From: Octopus bimaculoides
Lineage: Eukaryota
Assembly (NCBI RefSeq): GCF_001194135.2
Contig: NC_068982.1
Location: 178,847,692-178,911,691, forward strand
Reading direction: 5' to 3'
Length of the DNA stretch: 64,000 nucleotides
Shown in pieces: positions 1 through 14,019 of the stretch. Position 1 is the first letter of the stretch; each line of letters starts with the position of its first letter. Made by a program: the position numbers and the translations under genes. Below the pieces are notes generated by a model. It was given only the letters and a program-made list of their open reading frames with translations. It did not search any database and had not been told where the DNA came from.

Positions 1-1299
1 TGATTTTGTGATTTGCCGTCGGAATAGTTATGATCAAGCAGATTGATGCGGGTCGTCGGGCATATCTAACCCGCTCGTCTTTCGTCTTTTGCCCGCTATT
101 TTTAGTAAGACGAAGTATCACGTAGCGTTATCCTCATTGGCTCGTTACTTACTGGATTACAAGTCAAGATAGATAGAAGAGGAAGTCATAATATCAGGAC
201 ATAACTTTCGTGACAAAACAAGGTGAGACAATTGATGTCTTGAAGTTCTGTAGATTGACTCCAAAGGACAAATTAGGTGGCGCCACAACAACGTAGAGCA
301 GTAATGGACGATAAGGGGGTTGTTCAGGATCTGATGGAGGAAACAATATGGATGTACGGACGACATATTCAGAAAACAATTGTTCTAAGTGGTGTTTGTT
401 GGGGATGGAATGGGGCATACTCTTTTAGAAAAAGAGTACACATTGGGGTTATAACGGTAAGAAAAGCAGAGAAATGAATTAACAATTTCTGTACGTTGGC
501 TTGTGAATAATTAGCATCCAGGCGAAAGTTCTTCCTGAGTATCAGTATGACCTTCCCAGATAGGCGAATGATATCTCAATGTGGTCGTAACTTGATATTT
601 TAGAGAAGTTTCAAATAATTCATAGTTAAGACATATCAAGGTGATATATTTCTGAAATTATGATTCATAATAAATTATACTCTAATACGTCTAACGGAGT
701 ATGAAAAGTGTGTTAATTTGAATAGAGTTTTTTTTATATTGTTACATTGACGCTTACTGTCTTAGTTGTAATGTATGTCTCTAACAGAATTATTTAATCT
801 TATGAAAGCTTAACCAAATATACAATATAGATTTTGCAAAAACCAACGCAATCTGTCAGGAGAAACTTGATTATTACATTTGCAAATTACGTTTAAACAT
901 AAACGTCAGTCTACATTTATTCACAGATATCTATAAATATATACGACAAATTATTGTGTACGCTAATTAATAGATAAGAGATCTGCGGGCACTGGCAAAC
1001 CAGTCTTCGTATAAAACTGTATCAGTTAGTATTCTTTATATCAAAAGTGTGATCAGAAGCATGAGAAGTGCACGGACTGAGATACCCCTTAATCTCTTGA
1101 GGATGGCGTATAAATACATATAGATACTCTTCTAGTCTTTTATATGTTTCAGAGAAAAGATATGTAATACGCGACGAAATATATATTAGTTCTGCTTGTG
1201 TTGTAATTTCTCCTGGAAACGCAGGCTTTCTAGTATACGATACCTGTGCAATTATCACAGATTGAATCTGAAACATATATCGTTCAAAGTGATACCAAA

Positions 1300-1900
1300 T
1301 AGAAACGTCCTTCGGCGAGCACGAGGTGACTTCTGGATAAATGATCTGATGTCACCGACAATCTAAATCCTCTCATGGCACGTGGTCCTGGAAATACAGC
1401 TTGCAATAAGAATTAGAAGTGATGGGCTGCCATATTCATAACACTCTGTCACACGAGCGATACTTTTGTATCATCAGCATAACCGTGACTGACTATATTG
1501 TTGAGGGCATGCCTGAAAGAGCAGCCAGAAACAGCAGTGGTCACAGTACAGTACTATGAGGGACTCCGCTGCGAATTGATGTCTACCCAGGGAGGGCACC
1601 ATTGCCTGCAACTGTCTGTCTTGTATCCTTTAAAACGTCATGCATGTACGCTCCCAATTTTCAAACAATACCAAGGTCACGCAGTGTGTGACATGTCATC
1701 CCACGACCAACTTTATTAAAGGCCTTGGCAAAGTCGAGATATATCACATCTATATTAAAGTGGTTGAGCTGCTGTTTCAGTACCCAGTCGTAATGATTTA
1801 GTAGCTGTGTGAGGCAGCTCCTCCCCGGGGCTTGCAGTTAGTGAACCATCTTCTTCAAACTCTGGACCTATCTTGTAGTGCACCGAGGCGGATTCTTTCG
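1300..1900 (-). mobile_element. CR1-like LINE reverse transcriptase fragment (decayed)
   Basis: Manual minus-strand translation gives RT motifs DVIYLDFAKAFNKV (about 1711-1750), RSGVPHS (about 1550-1572) and YADDTK (1464-1481), with stops and frameshifts. Same family as 10965 and 61330. Confidence 0.85.
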
Positions 1901-3274
1901 CAAAGTCGTAGAAGTCTTTAGAATTCATTTTTTAAATATGTGACAAATGGGGTAAAACTAAGATGAATGAAATATAGCTGCATCATTCAAGGTCAATTGT
2001 ATAATGACAATGGAACGGAATATATCCAGTGTAGATATACATGATGGTTTTCGAGCTCAGATATTTATAAATTGTATTTGACTACGTCATTGCTCATTTT
2101 TTACAGTGAAGTTCTCAAGGTAATTACTACCGATTATTATCCAAGAAGAGTTCTTATAAAGTCAGAAGATATAGAAAAAATAGATTTTATAGATTATAAG
2201 CTTGGTAATATAGTAATCAAAATGACGCTAGCATTATTAAAAACTGGTGAAATTTGAACCTTAAACTCACAGAAACAAAACTAAATAATAACTAATATTT
2301 ATGCTGCTAACTCAATCTGTCTCTTAATTTTATCTTAGAAATATGTGTATAGCGATAGTGATAACTTAGTTCTATTGATTAGAGAATTGATGTCAGATAG
2401 ATGTCAAAATTACTTGGAATTATGTAGTAAAACTACGCAATCTAATGTCGGAACCGAGCAGTTCATAAGATAAGATATTATATGTCATTATTTCTGGATT
2501 TAACTCATGGGAATAGAGTTTAATTTGATAATTCGTTTGATGCACATCTTCAGCGGCATACTGATTTCATAATTTAAAAGGACTTAAGAGATTTGATGTT
2601 GGAGAAATTATGTGTCTAATTTCCACACACTTCCCTATCTCATACCTAACTCACACATGTGAATGTACAATGTGGTTTTACGTTCTACTCCTACATCGAT
2701 GCCTTTCGTAACGAATACAACTCGATGACATTAAAAGTATTAGGAAGTTGTGCTTATAAAAATATATTATATACATATATTCCTATTATCTTCATTGTAA
2801 TCTAATGTAGGCTAGATAATCGAAATAATTAAATTTATTATGTGACAAAATAAGCATAGTTCCTTATTGGAGAAGTGATTATGGGGGAAGAAATCCTTTG
2901 AACAATGATTACAATTAGTAAGGCCACAACTTCAAATACAAGAAAGGAAGTATTCGTTTGTACTTATACTGGGCGGGAATATAATAAGGATACGCTTTTT
3001 ATATTATTAATATTCATTATAACGACTTTGCTGGCTCCAACCATTGCGTTTTGATTGTGCCAGGTCTTGTCCCATACGCACGCGCGTACGCGCACACTGA
3101 AACACACACACGTGAGCGCATGCGCAGAAATACGTATACACACACACGCGTATGCACACACACAAACACTCATATATATCTAGATATTTATGCGTGCACA
3201 CATATATGTATGTATGTGTGTGTTTGAGTGCAGGTATGATGTGTTGTAAGAAGGTTGTTTTCGACACTGTTTTC

Positions 3275-3382
3275 AAGTTCAGTCCCACTGCGGGGCTCTG
3301 GGCAAGTGGCTTCTACTATTAATGCTGGCGAACCGAAGCTTTATGAATGGATTTGTTAGGGGAAAGTGGAAGAAGCAGCCTG

Positions 3383-3440
<58 letters not shown>

Positions 3441-3658
3441 CGAGAAGCCTTTCCCTTGGATAACACTGGTGGCGTGGAGAGGGAAGGCCGGTATGCATGG
3501 GCAACTGATGGTCTCCCATAAAACAATCTTGCCCGGACTTGTGCTTGGGAGGGTAACTTTGTAGGTGCAATACCATGGTCAGTTATGACCGAAGGGGGTC
3601 TCAGCAGTATAGTGAGAAAGAGAGAGATTTATATATATATATATATATATATATATGC

Positions 3659-3702
<44 letters not shown>

Positions 3703-3910
3703 ATGTGTGTATACATGTATATGTAAGTTTGTGTTTGTCCCCCACAATCACTTGACAACCGTTGTTGTTTATTTACGTAACCGTAACTTAGTAGTTCTGC
3801 CAATGAGCCCGATAGAATACGCACCAGAACTAAAGAAGTATTAGGATAGACGTTTTTAAACTAAAACCTTTCGAGCCGGTGTTTGTTCACGTTTCAAGTA
3901 AAAGACAACT
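3275..3910 (+). mobile_element. SINE family B (internal-microsatellite type) split by a nested SINE tail fragment
   Basis: 5' half (gttcagtcccactgcg...gcaagtggcttctactat) and 3' half (gtttgtcccccacaatcacttgacaaccg...aagtaaaaga) match the copy at 47435-47885. They are separated by (TA)n, a foreign segment at 3440-3600, and (TA)n/(TG)n. Confidence 0.75.
3440..3602 (+). mobile_element. SINE tail Y fragment
   Basis: ttggataacactggtggcg...ggtatgcatggg...atgaccgaagggg matches the 3' half of the SINE at 33890-34195. Confidence 0.7.
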
Positions 3911-4984
3911 ACAGCTGCTATATATCTATAGGGACATGTGTTTGTCTGTCTCTCTGTGTGCGTCATAAAGGTGGGTATATTATTCTTAACACGCTTCTCT
4001 ATGCCATAAGCTGGATGTCATTCGCTCTGGTATTTTGTCTCGAAGTAAGGATCTGACTTTAGACTGTGTAACAACAAACTACCAGATAGAATTTTGATAT
4101 GATTTTGCCTCTCAAGTTGTAGATATTTCTTCGCTCACTTCACCTTAAGCTAAATGTTGTTCTTATGAGCAGGAAACAATAAACAATAAATTCTTTTAGT
4201 TCAACACATCTAAGGGGTTAATAATCATTCTATACGGTCGAAGAGTCGTAGTTTGTTTCTAGTTTGGTACAGAGTTAGAAACTTTGAGAGTAAAATTGCT
4301 GGGACCATTAACTCGATGAATAACAAAGCTTATTTTGTAGATAATCAAGCCAGTAACGTATTCCTCATTTACGGTATAATTTCTGCCGTTGTTGTATTTT
4401 TTTAAAAGATAAAGTCACCACCCAAAAGTTTTCTGAATTAATGGACAATGTATTATATAAAAATCTGAGTCATTCAAATATTCATGATAAGCAATATTAC
4501 TCATTTATGCTGTAATAATATGTATATATTTTCGAGCCTTGTGCCTAGAGTAGAAAAGAATATTTATATGTTTAACGCGAACAGAATTTAAGTCTCTTCT
4601 AAAAATAATTACAAAATAAATTATGTGGTTTGGAAACAAACCATATTAATCTAAAATTATTTTCACATAGTTGGGGTCGGGGCTGGGCATTTATGAGCGG
4701 TAATATCTGACATATTTTTGTCTTCCTCAGCAAAGCATAGTATTCTCAAAAAATTCCAAATTAACGATGAAAGAATGACTATATTATTTTATTTAAATAC
4801 ACGACAAACGAAAAATATCATCTTAAGCCTAGTAATGAAACTTAGTTGAATGAGAAAGAAATAAAAACATTGATATATTTTTCGAACGTAAATTGTGAGA
4901 TTGCTCCTATGAATTGAAAATCCGTAAAGGTTAGTTACTAGATTCTTGAAATTAATTGTACTTTTAATATAAGTAAACTTTAAA

Positions 4985-5205
4985 GCGTTGAGCTGGCAGG
5001 ATCGTTAACACTCCGGACAAAAGTGCTTAGTAACAAAAGCGCTCGTCCGTCTTTATGTTCTGAATTCAAATTCCGCCGAAGTCAACTTTGATTTTCATCC
5101 TTTCACGGTCAATAAAATAAGTACCAGTTGACCACCATGGTCGATGTAAACGACTTACCTCATTTTTCAAACTTGCTTGCCTTGTGTCAAAATTTGAAAT
5201 CGATA
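4985..5205 (+). mobile_element. tRNA-derived SINE family A
   Basis: A-box-like gctggcaggatcgttaac and B-box-like gaattcaaattccgccg, followed by the conserved body aagtaccagttg...gtcgatgtaa...ccttgtgtcaaaatttgaaa. Several homologous copies occur in the window. Confidence 0.85.
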
Positions 5206-5249
5206 TTAGTAAATTTTTCAGAACTGATTTCAATTATCCCTTATTCTGA

Positions 5250-5465
5250 TAATTTCTAATAGAGGTACAATTCCTGAAATGTTTTTTTTATATGATGGGG
5301 TGCGCGTAGTCTATTTCTTCGACTCTAATATTTGACTGGTATTTTATTTTACCTGTTCTGGAACGATGAAAGGCAAAGTTAACTTCAGCGAAATTTGAAT
5401 AGAACATTAAATGTCGGAATCAATCTGCAAAGCAATGTGTTCGATGCTGTTACGATTCAGCCTTT
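5250..5465 (-). mobile_element. tRNA-derived SINE family A (diverged, inverted relative to the upstream copy)
   Basis: Reverse complement reads aatcgtaacagc...ttcaaatttcgctgaagttaactttgcctttcatc...taccagtc...atttcagg, matching family A. Confidence 0.7.
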
Positions 5466-7344
5466 TGCTTTGAGATATGTAGTTTCTAAACAGTCTCACC
5501 AACAGCATGAAGTTCAATGAATACAACCTGTTCGGGAGATTATGTCATATCGTAATGATCATGTTATTTTCTTTTTATATTTGTAATAACATGAAAAAAT
5601 AGTTAAGGAACCAGGGCATTGAAATTTCGAATTCAATATATCCCTATTTTCACCAACCTTATCTATGTTTTTACTAAATGATTTTATTTGGCATAAATGT
5701 GAAATGCAATTTTATCAGCCCTGTTTTCTGATTATTAATTTCTTTTCTAGTTATTTACATTATAAATGACTATACGCTCATGAAAGAAAAAAGCACTTCT
5801 AGTACAATGGCTAACATAGTAATTATGCTCTGCTTATAAGATTATATTAGTAGCCAAACGTGCCTGGAATTGTCTCACTTGAAACTTCAGTTAAATGAAT
5901 ATGATATTAGTTGTGGACAAATATTGCTTTCCCTCTTTGTCTAATTATTTCTAGTTATATTTTATTGGTCCTTGTCGTAAATATATTAACATTACCTTAA
6001 CAATTACAACAATTAGTTTCAATTTTGATTCGGAATTCCCATAATTTGCTTGCTGTACGCTGCATTTCATACGTCCATCAGGTGTCATGAAAAAACATTT
6101 CAGTCAGATTCATCGTTAATAAAATATAACCGTGAAAAACTTAATTGGTACATTAACATTTGAAGGCTTACCTCTAGTTTATTGATAGAATTTGCTCAAT
6201 ATATAAAACAATCTCGTGAAAGATGTTTGCATATACAGTTTTATGCCAATTACGATCAACATTTTCATGTCAAGTATGTTACGTGCACTTTCATCTCCCA
6301 TTATGGTGCCATTCTCAGTATATTGAAACACTGGAAACTAAATTTTATGAGCACAATTTTTTAACAGAATGATAACAGAAATTTCATAGCAAACGATTCT
6401 TTCATTATATTCTATGTATGTATGTAGGTATGTATATGTGCATGGGTATTATTCACTGCATGCCTTATAGGAGTATTTCATATTAAATATAGCCTTCAGT
6501 ACATAGATTATCATTTAATTAGATAATATAGAACATATATTGCAAATATAGCTAACATTCGCCAGTATGAAAACTACTATTAAGGTTTCACTAAATTCTT
6601 AATTAAAATTAATGAGAAAATTTGATTATTAATTTTGAATATATTCCCTTTTTATATTGTCTGGAGTTGATGTCGTCCTCGTCTTTTGAATTATCGGCAA
6701 CCAATATATCTTTATGTTGCATAACCGTTTAAAATCAGTTTGGCAACCAGCTTAATTTAAAGTAAAATATTTTGGAGATTTTTACCTTGCATACATTAAA
6801 GAAATAATCAATATTTTCTATAAGAGTAAATTGATTAAGATTTATAAAGATTAAGTAATAAAAGAGTTGAAAAATATTTGCTATATTAATTTAAGTTGCA
6901 GGGAAAATAGGTTGCTGCGTATTAATTTAGTCAATATACTTGGATATTGATGGATAGTCACATTAAGACTTTAAGGTTCCTTTGATCTTCAAAATTCAAA
7001 CAAATTTATGAGATACTTAAAGTCTTAAATCCTAATGGAATTTTTTTGCCGAGCAGTTTTTTTTAAAAACGGCATCGTGTAACTTCAAATGTTATGGATT
7101 CCTAACATAAAACACTAGCATAAGATTTAAATGTAATATTAGAATATTAAAAGAAATTTATATAAAATATATTTGTGATATTTAATGAGAAATCTCGAAA
7201 TTACCTTTTTGCGTCCGAACATATTAAGTTAATCATCTACTCTGTTTTATAATCATAACATGAATTAAAAAAATATTCTATTTGGGTTTCTAATACCCAT
7301 GCCTTTCTTTTCAACGATGAAAAAGTACATTCATGCATCATGCA

Positions 7345-7432
7345 GTGCATGTATGTATGTATGTATGTATGTATGTATGTATGTATGTATGTATGTATGT
7401 ATGTAGGTAGGTAGGTATGTAGGCAGGTATGT
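7345..7432. repeat. (TATG)n / (TAGG)n compound microsatellite
   Basis: Visible tandem tetranucleotides. Confidence 0.95.
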
Positions 7433-8599
7433 ATGTGTCTGTGTGGATACAGGTGCACATACATAATTCATACTCATACATATGTATGTCCATATCCCTG
7501 CACATATATGTATACATGTTATCTACATGCATGCACATATGCACACATGCTTCTAAATACTTACACAAGCACACAAATTCACTATAACCTGTTTTTATCT
7601 TGGTATAATATTTTATTGTCTTTTTAATTTGGATCTTCAAAAACCTCACATTATATACAAGTAAGTAACAATACTTCAGGCACATTACCTATAGCCTAAA
7701 AAAAGATATGTTATCGTATGTGAACGCTCTACGTAGAATGTTCATAAACATACACATGAACAATTGAATAACATATAAAGCTATTGCATGCTTTTTAAGC
7801 ATATATCCAAAAGAATGCAACCTATGTTAAATATTATCTGAACGCATGACACTTGGTAACTTATTGACTATAACAAATTTAATAGCTTCAGGCATCTGTC
7901 AGTAATGACATGTAGAACATAATTCAAAAGTGATTTGACATAATGCCTTACATACTATTTTCAAAATGCAATTACTGTAGATCACCAGGTAAATATTACC
8001 TTTTTACACAAGATATTAAACTTTTCACTGTGTCTAGACAGTGCAATTCAAGTATATTGTTTGGGCATGGTCAAGAAAGTGAGACAGTGCAATTAATGTA
8101 TGCCTTCAGGGCATAGTAAAAAACTGACTCAGGGAATATTGGTCTAGATACACCTAAAATGTGGGTTGGTAACGGCCGATATACCATTTATAAAAGATCT
8201 GCCCGATGACATTTGTCTTGGGGATTAACACCAAAAACAGTGATAACAGACGTACTGCCTCATACTTCTGTCCCTTCTACTGTTGCTTTAACGATTACAG
8301 CTCCACTCATCAAAGAAACTGTCCCTTAAGCAACACTCCACTTGTGATTATCTATACTTCTTTTCCGACATTTTATCTAAGGTTATCCAGTAATATTCAT
8401 TCATTAGAAGTATGGATTTTGATATTTGGCTGCTATTTCTAGCAAGTAGACCATTTGTATTGAAGTTCAGTTGTTGACACAGAAAACTTACTTCATAGTC
8501 AAATCTTCACACAGTTTTCAAGGAAGAACTCTCCGATTATCTAGGAAGCTGTCACCCAAATTACAGCCTTAATGTTCCATCTCAAAATACTTCATCAGA

Positions 8600-9720
8600 T
8601 TAGCTCGTAGGTAGTATTAGATAAAAGTGTTCTACCGAAAGTAGGTATAACTGATAAATAATGTCAAATGATAGATTCCAAACACAATCAAATTTTCGGC
8701 ATTGAATTTTGAGGAAGGAAATTTCTTAAAGAATATGAAACCAGCATTCAAGACAGACATCGCAGTGAAACACCATTAAATGTAACTGCCAGTGAACGAA
8801 TTGATTCTCATAGACAGATGTATCATAATCCATGAGCTCGCTGCACAATTGGACTATGGTCACAGTTCATTGCAAAAGGTGATGGGAGACATTAAGCGTC
8901 CGAAAGATTGTACAAAATAGGAAACACTGCAGTTGATACATGATTTGGAGGAAAGAATGGGGTGGAGACCTGCTCTGTTTGCTGAAAGCGTTTTCATCCA
9001 ATAAAGAGACGCTTTTTGTTTTCATATATTGTCACAGTCTAAGAAACGTGAGCGTAACTTTATGATTCGGTAACGAAATTTATGTTCATAGAATGGTGTC
9101 ACACCTCTTCGTCAACGTCTAAGAAGTTCGAGAACCAGCTATTGACACAAAAAGGTATGGAAAATGTCTTTTGGAATGTCAAGAGCGTAATGTTTCTTAA
9201 TTTTCTAGAACGTACCTGTACTATGAAAAGAAGTGTTACCTTGATACACATAAAATGCTCAGAGATGCTATTAGGGGGAACAGACTGAAGAAGGATCTTG
9301 AAAAAATCCAAATTCACCTTGAAAATGCGCAACAGCAAACATATTTTACAACGAATAAAGCAAACGAATTGTGCTGGTTAGTGGTTCCTTATCCCCCATA
9401 AAAACGCTGCTCTGGCACACTCTCCAACTCCACCTTTCAGTGAAAGAAAGGCTTCAGTGACAACAAACTGTTGACACCACAAGGTGAAAGTAGCAGGGAA
9501 AAAGTGTGTGCAACAGTGCACACCTGAATTGTTTCAAAAAGATTTCGAGAGCTGGGCTCAGTGATGGCGTAACTGCAGAGATTTTGATTAAGACAATTTT
9601 GAAGTAGTAGCTTTGTACAGAGGAAAAGATATAATACCGTCACAAAACATGAATTAAAATATAAAAAACTATGCTCATTTTTGCATTAGTTTCGGTATAA
9701 CATTCATACAATAAAATGTA
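8600..9720 (+). mobile_element. Decayed mariner transposon
   Basis: Translated pieces DRCIIIHELAAQLDYGHSSLQK (HTH region), YIVTV*ET (IVTGDETW equivalent), EWCHTSSSTSKKFENQL..KGMENVFWNVKSVMFLNFLERT and LVVPYPP (HPPYSPDL equivalent) occur in mariner order, with many stops. Confidence 0.8.
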
Positions 9721-10763
9721 CACATTCACATAAAAATATTACATGCAGACAAACACACACACGCACGCACACAGAAACGCACACATATAGAAACGCACAC
9801 GCAAAGACACTCACACACACACACACGTACATACACACATGCACACTCAAACACACACACACACGCGCGAACGCACGCACGAACCCACATACACAGACTC
9901 ACACACACATGCACACAGATAAATATTGGAAATTACCAAAATCGCTGTACTATTCATATCCCGTGTAAACAAGAGGATGCACTAATAAACATCACTTGTA
10001 AGCTTGGTGTTTAAGAGAAGGAGCCAACAATATTAGACTTTGCTAATAATAGGAAACTGTGAAATTCATATCCCTGCAAGGTATATATTAAGTATACTCT
10101 CGCAGCATTTACACAGACAAAAATATTTAAGATGAAAAATTTGCTGGGTATATTGCAGAAAGAAGTACACCAAATAAAAAAAAATGGCATCCCGTGGAGT
10201 TTTCTCTTCAAATATAGAGATACTGCAATAATACCCGCCCTCGTAAAGTCAATATCAGTTACAACAGTTTATTAAATTAGACCAGCATAAGGGAACTTGT
10301 TGAAAACATTCTCTTTGTTGTGTTGCACATAACTTATAAGTACAAAATAACTTCAATTCTCATGTTCTGATCAAATCTACATTTCCTACCTTCTTTGTGA
10401 CTACACAAAAATGCACAGACGTATTACATGCTCAAAGAAGAATCTACTCAGATAAGACTACACCTAATCGGTCGACGACAAAATAACGAAATATGATGCT
10501 GTCATGAGCTAAGCGCTGATGTAGAGTCTCTAGAGATATGGACCTGTGGAATAAGATCCTAGCTATTTGCTTTGTTACATACCATATGTCTGTTCCATTG
10601 CAATCGCGATGAACAATACAATGAACAATTACAGCAATCTGTCTTCCACCAAACTTAACTTTTTCTCGCTTTAATCACTTAAAATAGAGGAATAATAATT
10701 CGCTCATAGAAGACAAGACTTAAGACCGCAAAAAAATAAGACCCACTTTCAATCGTAATTCTT

Positions 10764-10795
<32 letters not shown>

Positions 10796-10964
10796 NNNNN
10801 NNNNNTATATATATATATATGTATATATATATGTGTGTATATGTGTATGTGTGTGTATGTGTATGTATGTATATGTGTGTATGTGTGTGTATATGTGTGT
10901 GTATGTGTGTATATATATATATGTAAATATATATATATGTATATGTGTATGTATGTGTGTCTCG

Positions 10965-11334
10965 GAGAGCCACTGTCACTAGCTACGCTGATGACACAAA
11001 ACTATCTCAGGCAATAAAGAATCCTGATGATATTGTAAGCCTGCAGAATGACCTAAATGCAATATACGAGTGGGCAGAGCAAAATAATATGCAGTTCAAT
11101 GCAAAAAAATTTCAAGTACTGCGCTACAAGGCCACAAGTGCCTCCCAACTGGCATACACAGGACCTAGAGGTACTGCAATCCCAGAACCACAAAGAGAAA
11201 GAGACCTGGGCATCAACATGTGTAGTGATGCACCATTTCACATGCACATTGTCAAGTTGACAGCAGAGTGCAGACAACTGGCAAGGTGGATACTGAGAAC
11301 ATTCCGTACAAGGGATCAAAAAGTCATGCTGACT
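10965..11334 (+). mobile_element. CR1-like LINE RT C-terminal fragment
   Basis: ORF 10945-11460 contains YADDTKLSQAI...LQNDLNAIYEWAEQNNMQFNAKKFQVL...ERDLGI...WILRTFRTRD. It is bounded by microsatellite and an N-gap. Confidence 0.9.
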
Positions 11335-11839
11335 NNNNNNNNNNTGTGTGTGTGTGCGTGTGTGTGTGTGTGTGAGAGTGTGTGTGTGTGTGTGCGTGCG
11401 TGCGTGCGTGTGTGTATGTTAAATAATTTAGCCCAAATTGCCTCTATCCAAAAATTATGATAATTTGGAACTGCCTCTCACATACAGATATATAAATATT
11501 CTCGACAAATATAACCAGCAGGTATTCAAGTTGAATATCAACTGGGAAATCATCTAATAGTTGTCGGTACTACATTCAAACTAGAATAGAAAGTGGTTTC
11601 AACTATAACAGAATTACTCAATGAGTAAATCCTTGAATTTTACAAAAACGTTCATTGATTCCTTCTAAATTTCTAGAACGAGCCGTTCAATAGCAAAAAG
11701 GCATTCTTCATAGAAAAGCTTCCGAATGCTGATATAAAGTTTAAGCTTTCAAGTACAAAAAATTCCTTCATCAGCATACCAATGATGTTTGTAATCTTGT
11801 CTAACTACAGCTAATGATTTCGTGAGTTTATCAACCATG

Positions 11840-12040
11840 TAAGGCGGCCAGTTGGCAGAAACGTTAGCAAGTCGGGCGAAATGTTTAGCGTTATTTCGTT
11901 TGTCTTCACGTTCTGAGTTTATATACCCCTGAGGATCCTTTCGGCGTCGATAAATTAAGTACCAATTGCATCCTGGGGTTGATCTAATCGACTAGCCCCC
12001 CTCCTCGCAAAAGTTTGGCTTTGTATCTAGAATAGAAAAG
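11840..12040 (+). mobile_element. tRNA-derived SINE family A (internal deletion)
   Basis: ttggcagaaacgttagcaagtcgggcgaaatg...gttctgag...gtcgataaattaagtacca...aatcgactagccccc. Confidence 0.8.
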
Positions 12041-13185
12041 AAATTTATCAAACATTTCGAATAGTCATCCTTTTATCGGCTAGCCATGGTATTTCATTTG
12101 CATTATTCTTATGTTGTTATTTCTTCAGTTTAACCTCGAGTTAGCTCTGAGCTGATGACTATTTCGCTTTCTTAAGACCTTAGACTGAAGGAAAGATGGA
12201 AAACATTTCTGGTAAGTCGAGTAAGCACCTAGAGACACCTCGATGCTTTATATCTCTAAACATTTTTGGTGACGCATTGAAATCTCAAACAACTTTTTTT
12301 GGTTTCACTCACTCGATAGCAACACTACCACGCAGCGACAGAATCGTTTGCAATTGAAGATTTCGTGCAATTTTCAGCTACTATAGGGACAAATCTGCAT
12401 AGGTGTTTCTCCTGATTCTCTCTTCGACAATACAGTCCTGATACTCGATCCTAAAAAGAGTAGCTTTGAAACAACACATCTTTAAACGACAAGGCACCGA
12501 TTTTTCTTTAACACATCTTGAGTAAGTACTAAATACATTGGCAGATCATTACTTCATACATATGCAACCACCACCAATTAACTAAAAAGCTACAGACTAA
12601 GAGAAACTCAGAGTAAATCAATTACATTAATGTATCAGTCCTGGTGACCATTCAGCGTGGTCGATGGCAATCCCGACTGGTTAATAACCCTAAGACTTTT
12701 TTGTTTTTACTTTAACGTTTATAGGTAAGATAAGACGCACATTTAACACTGAGATCATTCGAACTCAGAAGGTAAAGATATGCAACGAAATGCATTGAGT
12801 AATACTCCTCCATATTATACAGATTCTGTTATACCCAGCACTTGTCAACAAAGTCCGTCAGTAAATTGAATTTGTTTTATTTAATATTGAATATCATCGA
12901 GGTGTTATATTTAACAGAAAAAGCTACTTCACAATGCTATAGATGTACTTCTTGAAGAAAAAAGCATCTTATAACACCATTATATAATGATTGATGTACA
13001 ACAAGTATGAAATTGACTGATTCATATATCCGCATACGAGTCTTCTGCTAAGTATGAAATACTCATAGATGAAAACAGTAAAAAAAATATTTATTCTACA
13101 TACATATATGCATACACATACGCATACACATACACATATGTGCATGTGTGTATGTACATATGTATGTACGTATAGCTATACTTAC

Positions 13186-13229
<44 letters not shown>

Positions 13230-14019
13230 CATAAATCATAATATATATTATAGATATGCATATGTGTGTGATATGTATGTGTGTGAGTGTGTTATTCGTC
13301 TCCTATTAAAGTAACATTCTTTTCATTGAATTCAGGCATATTAAATTCATAAACACTGGAAATAGGATTTTACCAAGTATCATTTCGCTCTCTAGACCAT
13401 ATGCTAGCTGAAGTCACCAAATGTATTTTCATACGCTAATATGGTGCTTAAAAATTCGAAAAGCCAGAAGGGAAACTCATAACTCCCACGGAAAGGAAAA
13501 ATCATAACACAAGTTTTTAATTTTTATCGACTATGTACAACGCATCATTCCATTAGAATACAATATGATCTTCCTTGAAAGAAGTGTTTATAAATTGATA
13601 TATCTTATGACCATACTAATTTACTACACTTCACGCCGCACCTCAATAACCCAGTATTCTTGCATATTTCTCTCGCCATCGCTCTTTCTCTCTCTGTCAC
13701 GTCATGTCTTTAAATGTTACTGTGTTAAGAAATTTGTTTGTAGGTTGTCAAGAGGCTCAATTGACATGTAACTTTATTGTAATAAATATGTGACTTTCCA
13801 TGAACGTCTATCAGCCAGTTTCCATCCCCAATACATGTAAAGAAAGCGAGTAAATGCAATAGTAAAAGGAGTGAGATAGTTTAGGTCTGATCAGCTGTCT
13901 GTGAAAGTAAATGGATTTTCTTCGTATTCGAGAACGAGTATTCAATTGTTTGAGTAACTATCTGCTCATTGAATTAATGCGTAATTGGCCAAATATTACG
14001 GAAACACATGTATTCAATT

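Noticed and set aside
8100-8450. Higher-complexity segment with short open frames
   Set aside because: No recognisable motif in any of the frames I read; stops in all of them.
12200-12480. Possible C-terminal relic of a Hero/NeSL-type LINE on the minus strand (YQDCIVEE...ASRCL)
   Set aside because: Similarity is too weak to call by eye; needs a profile search.
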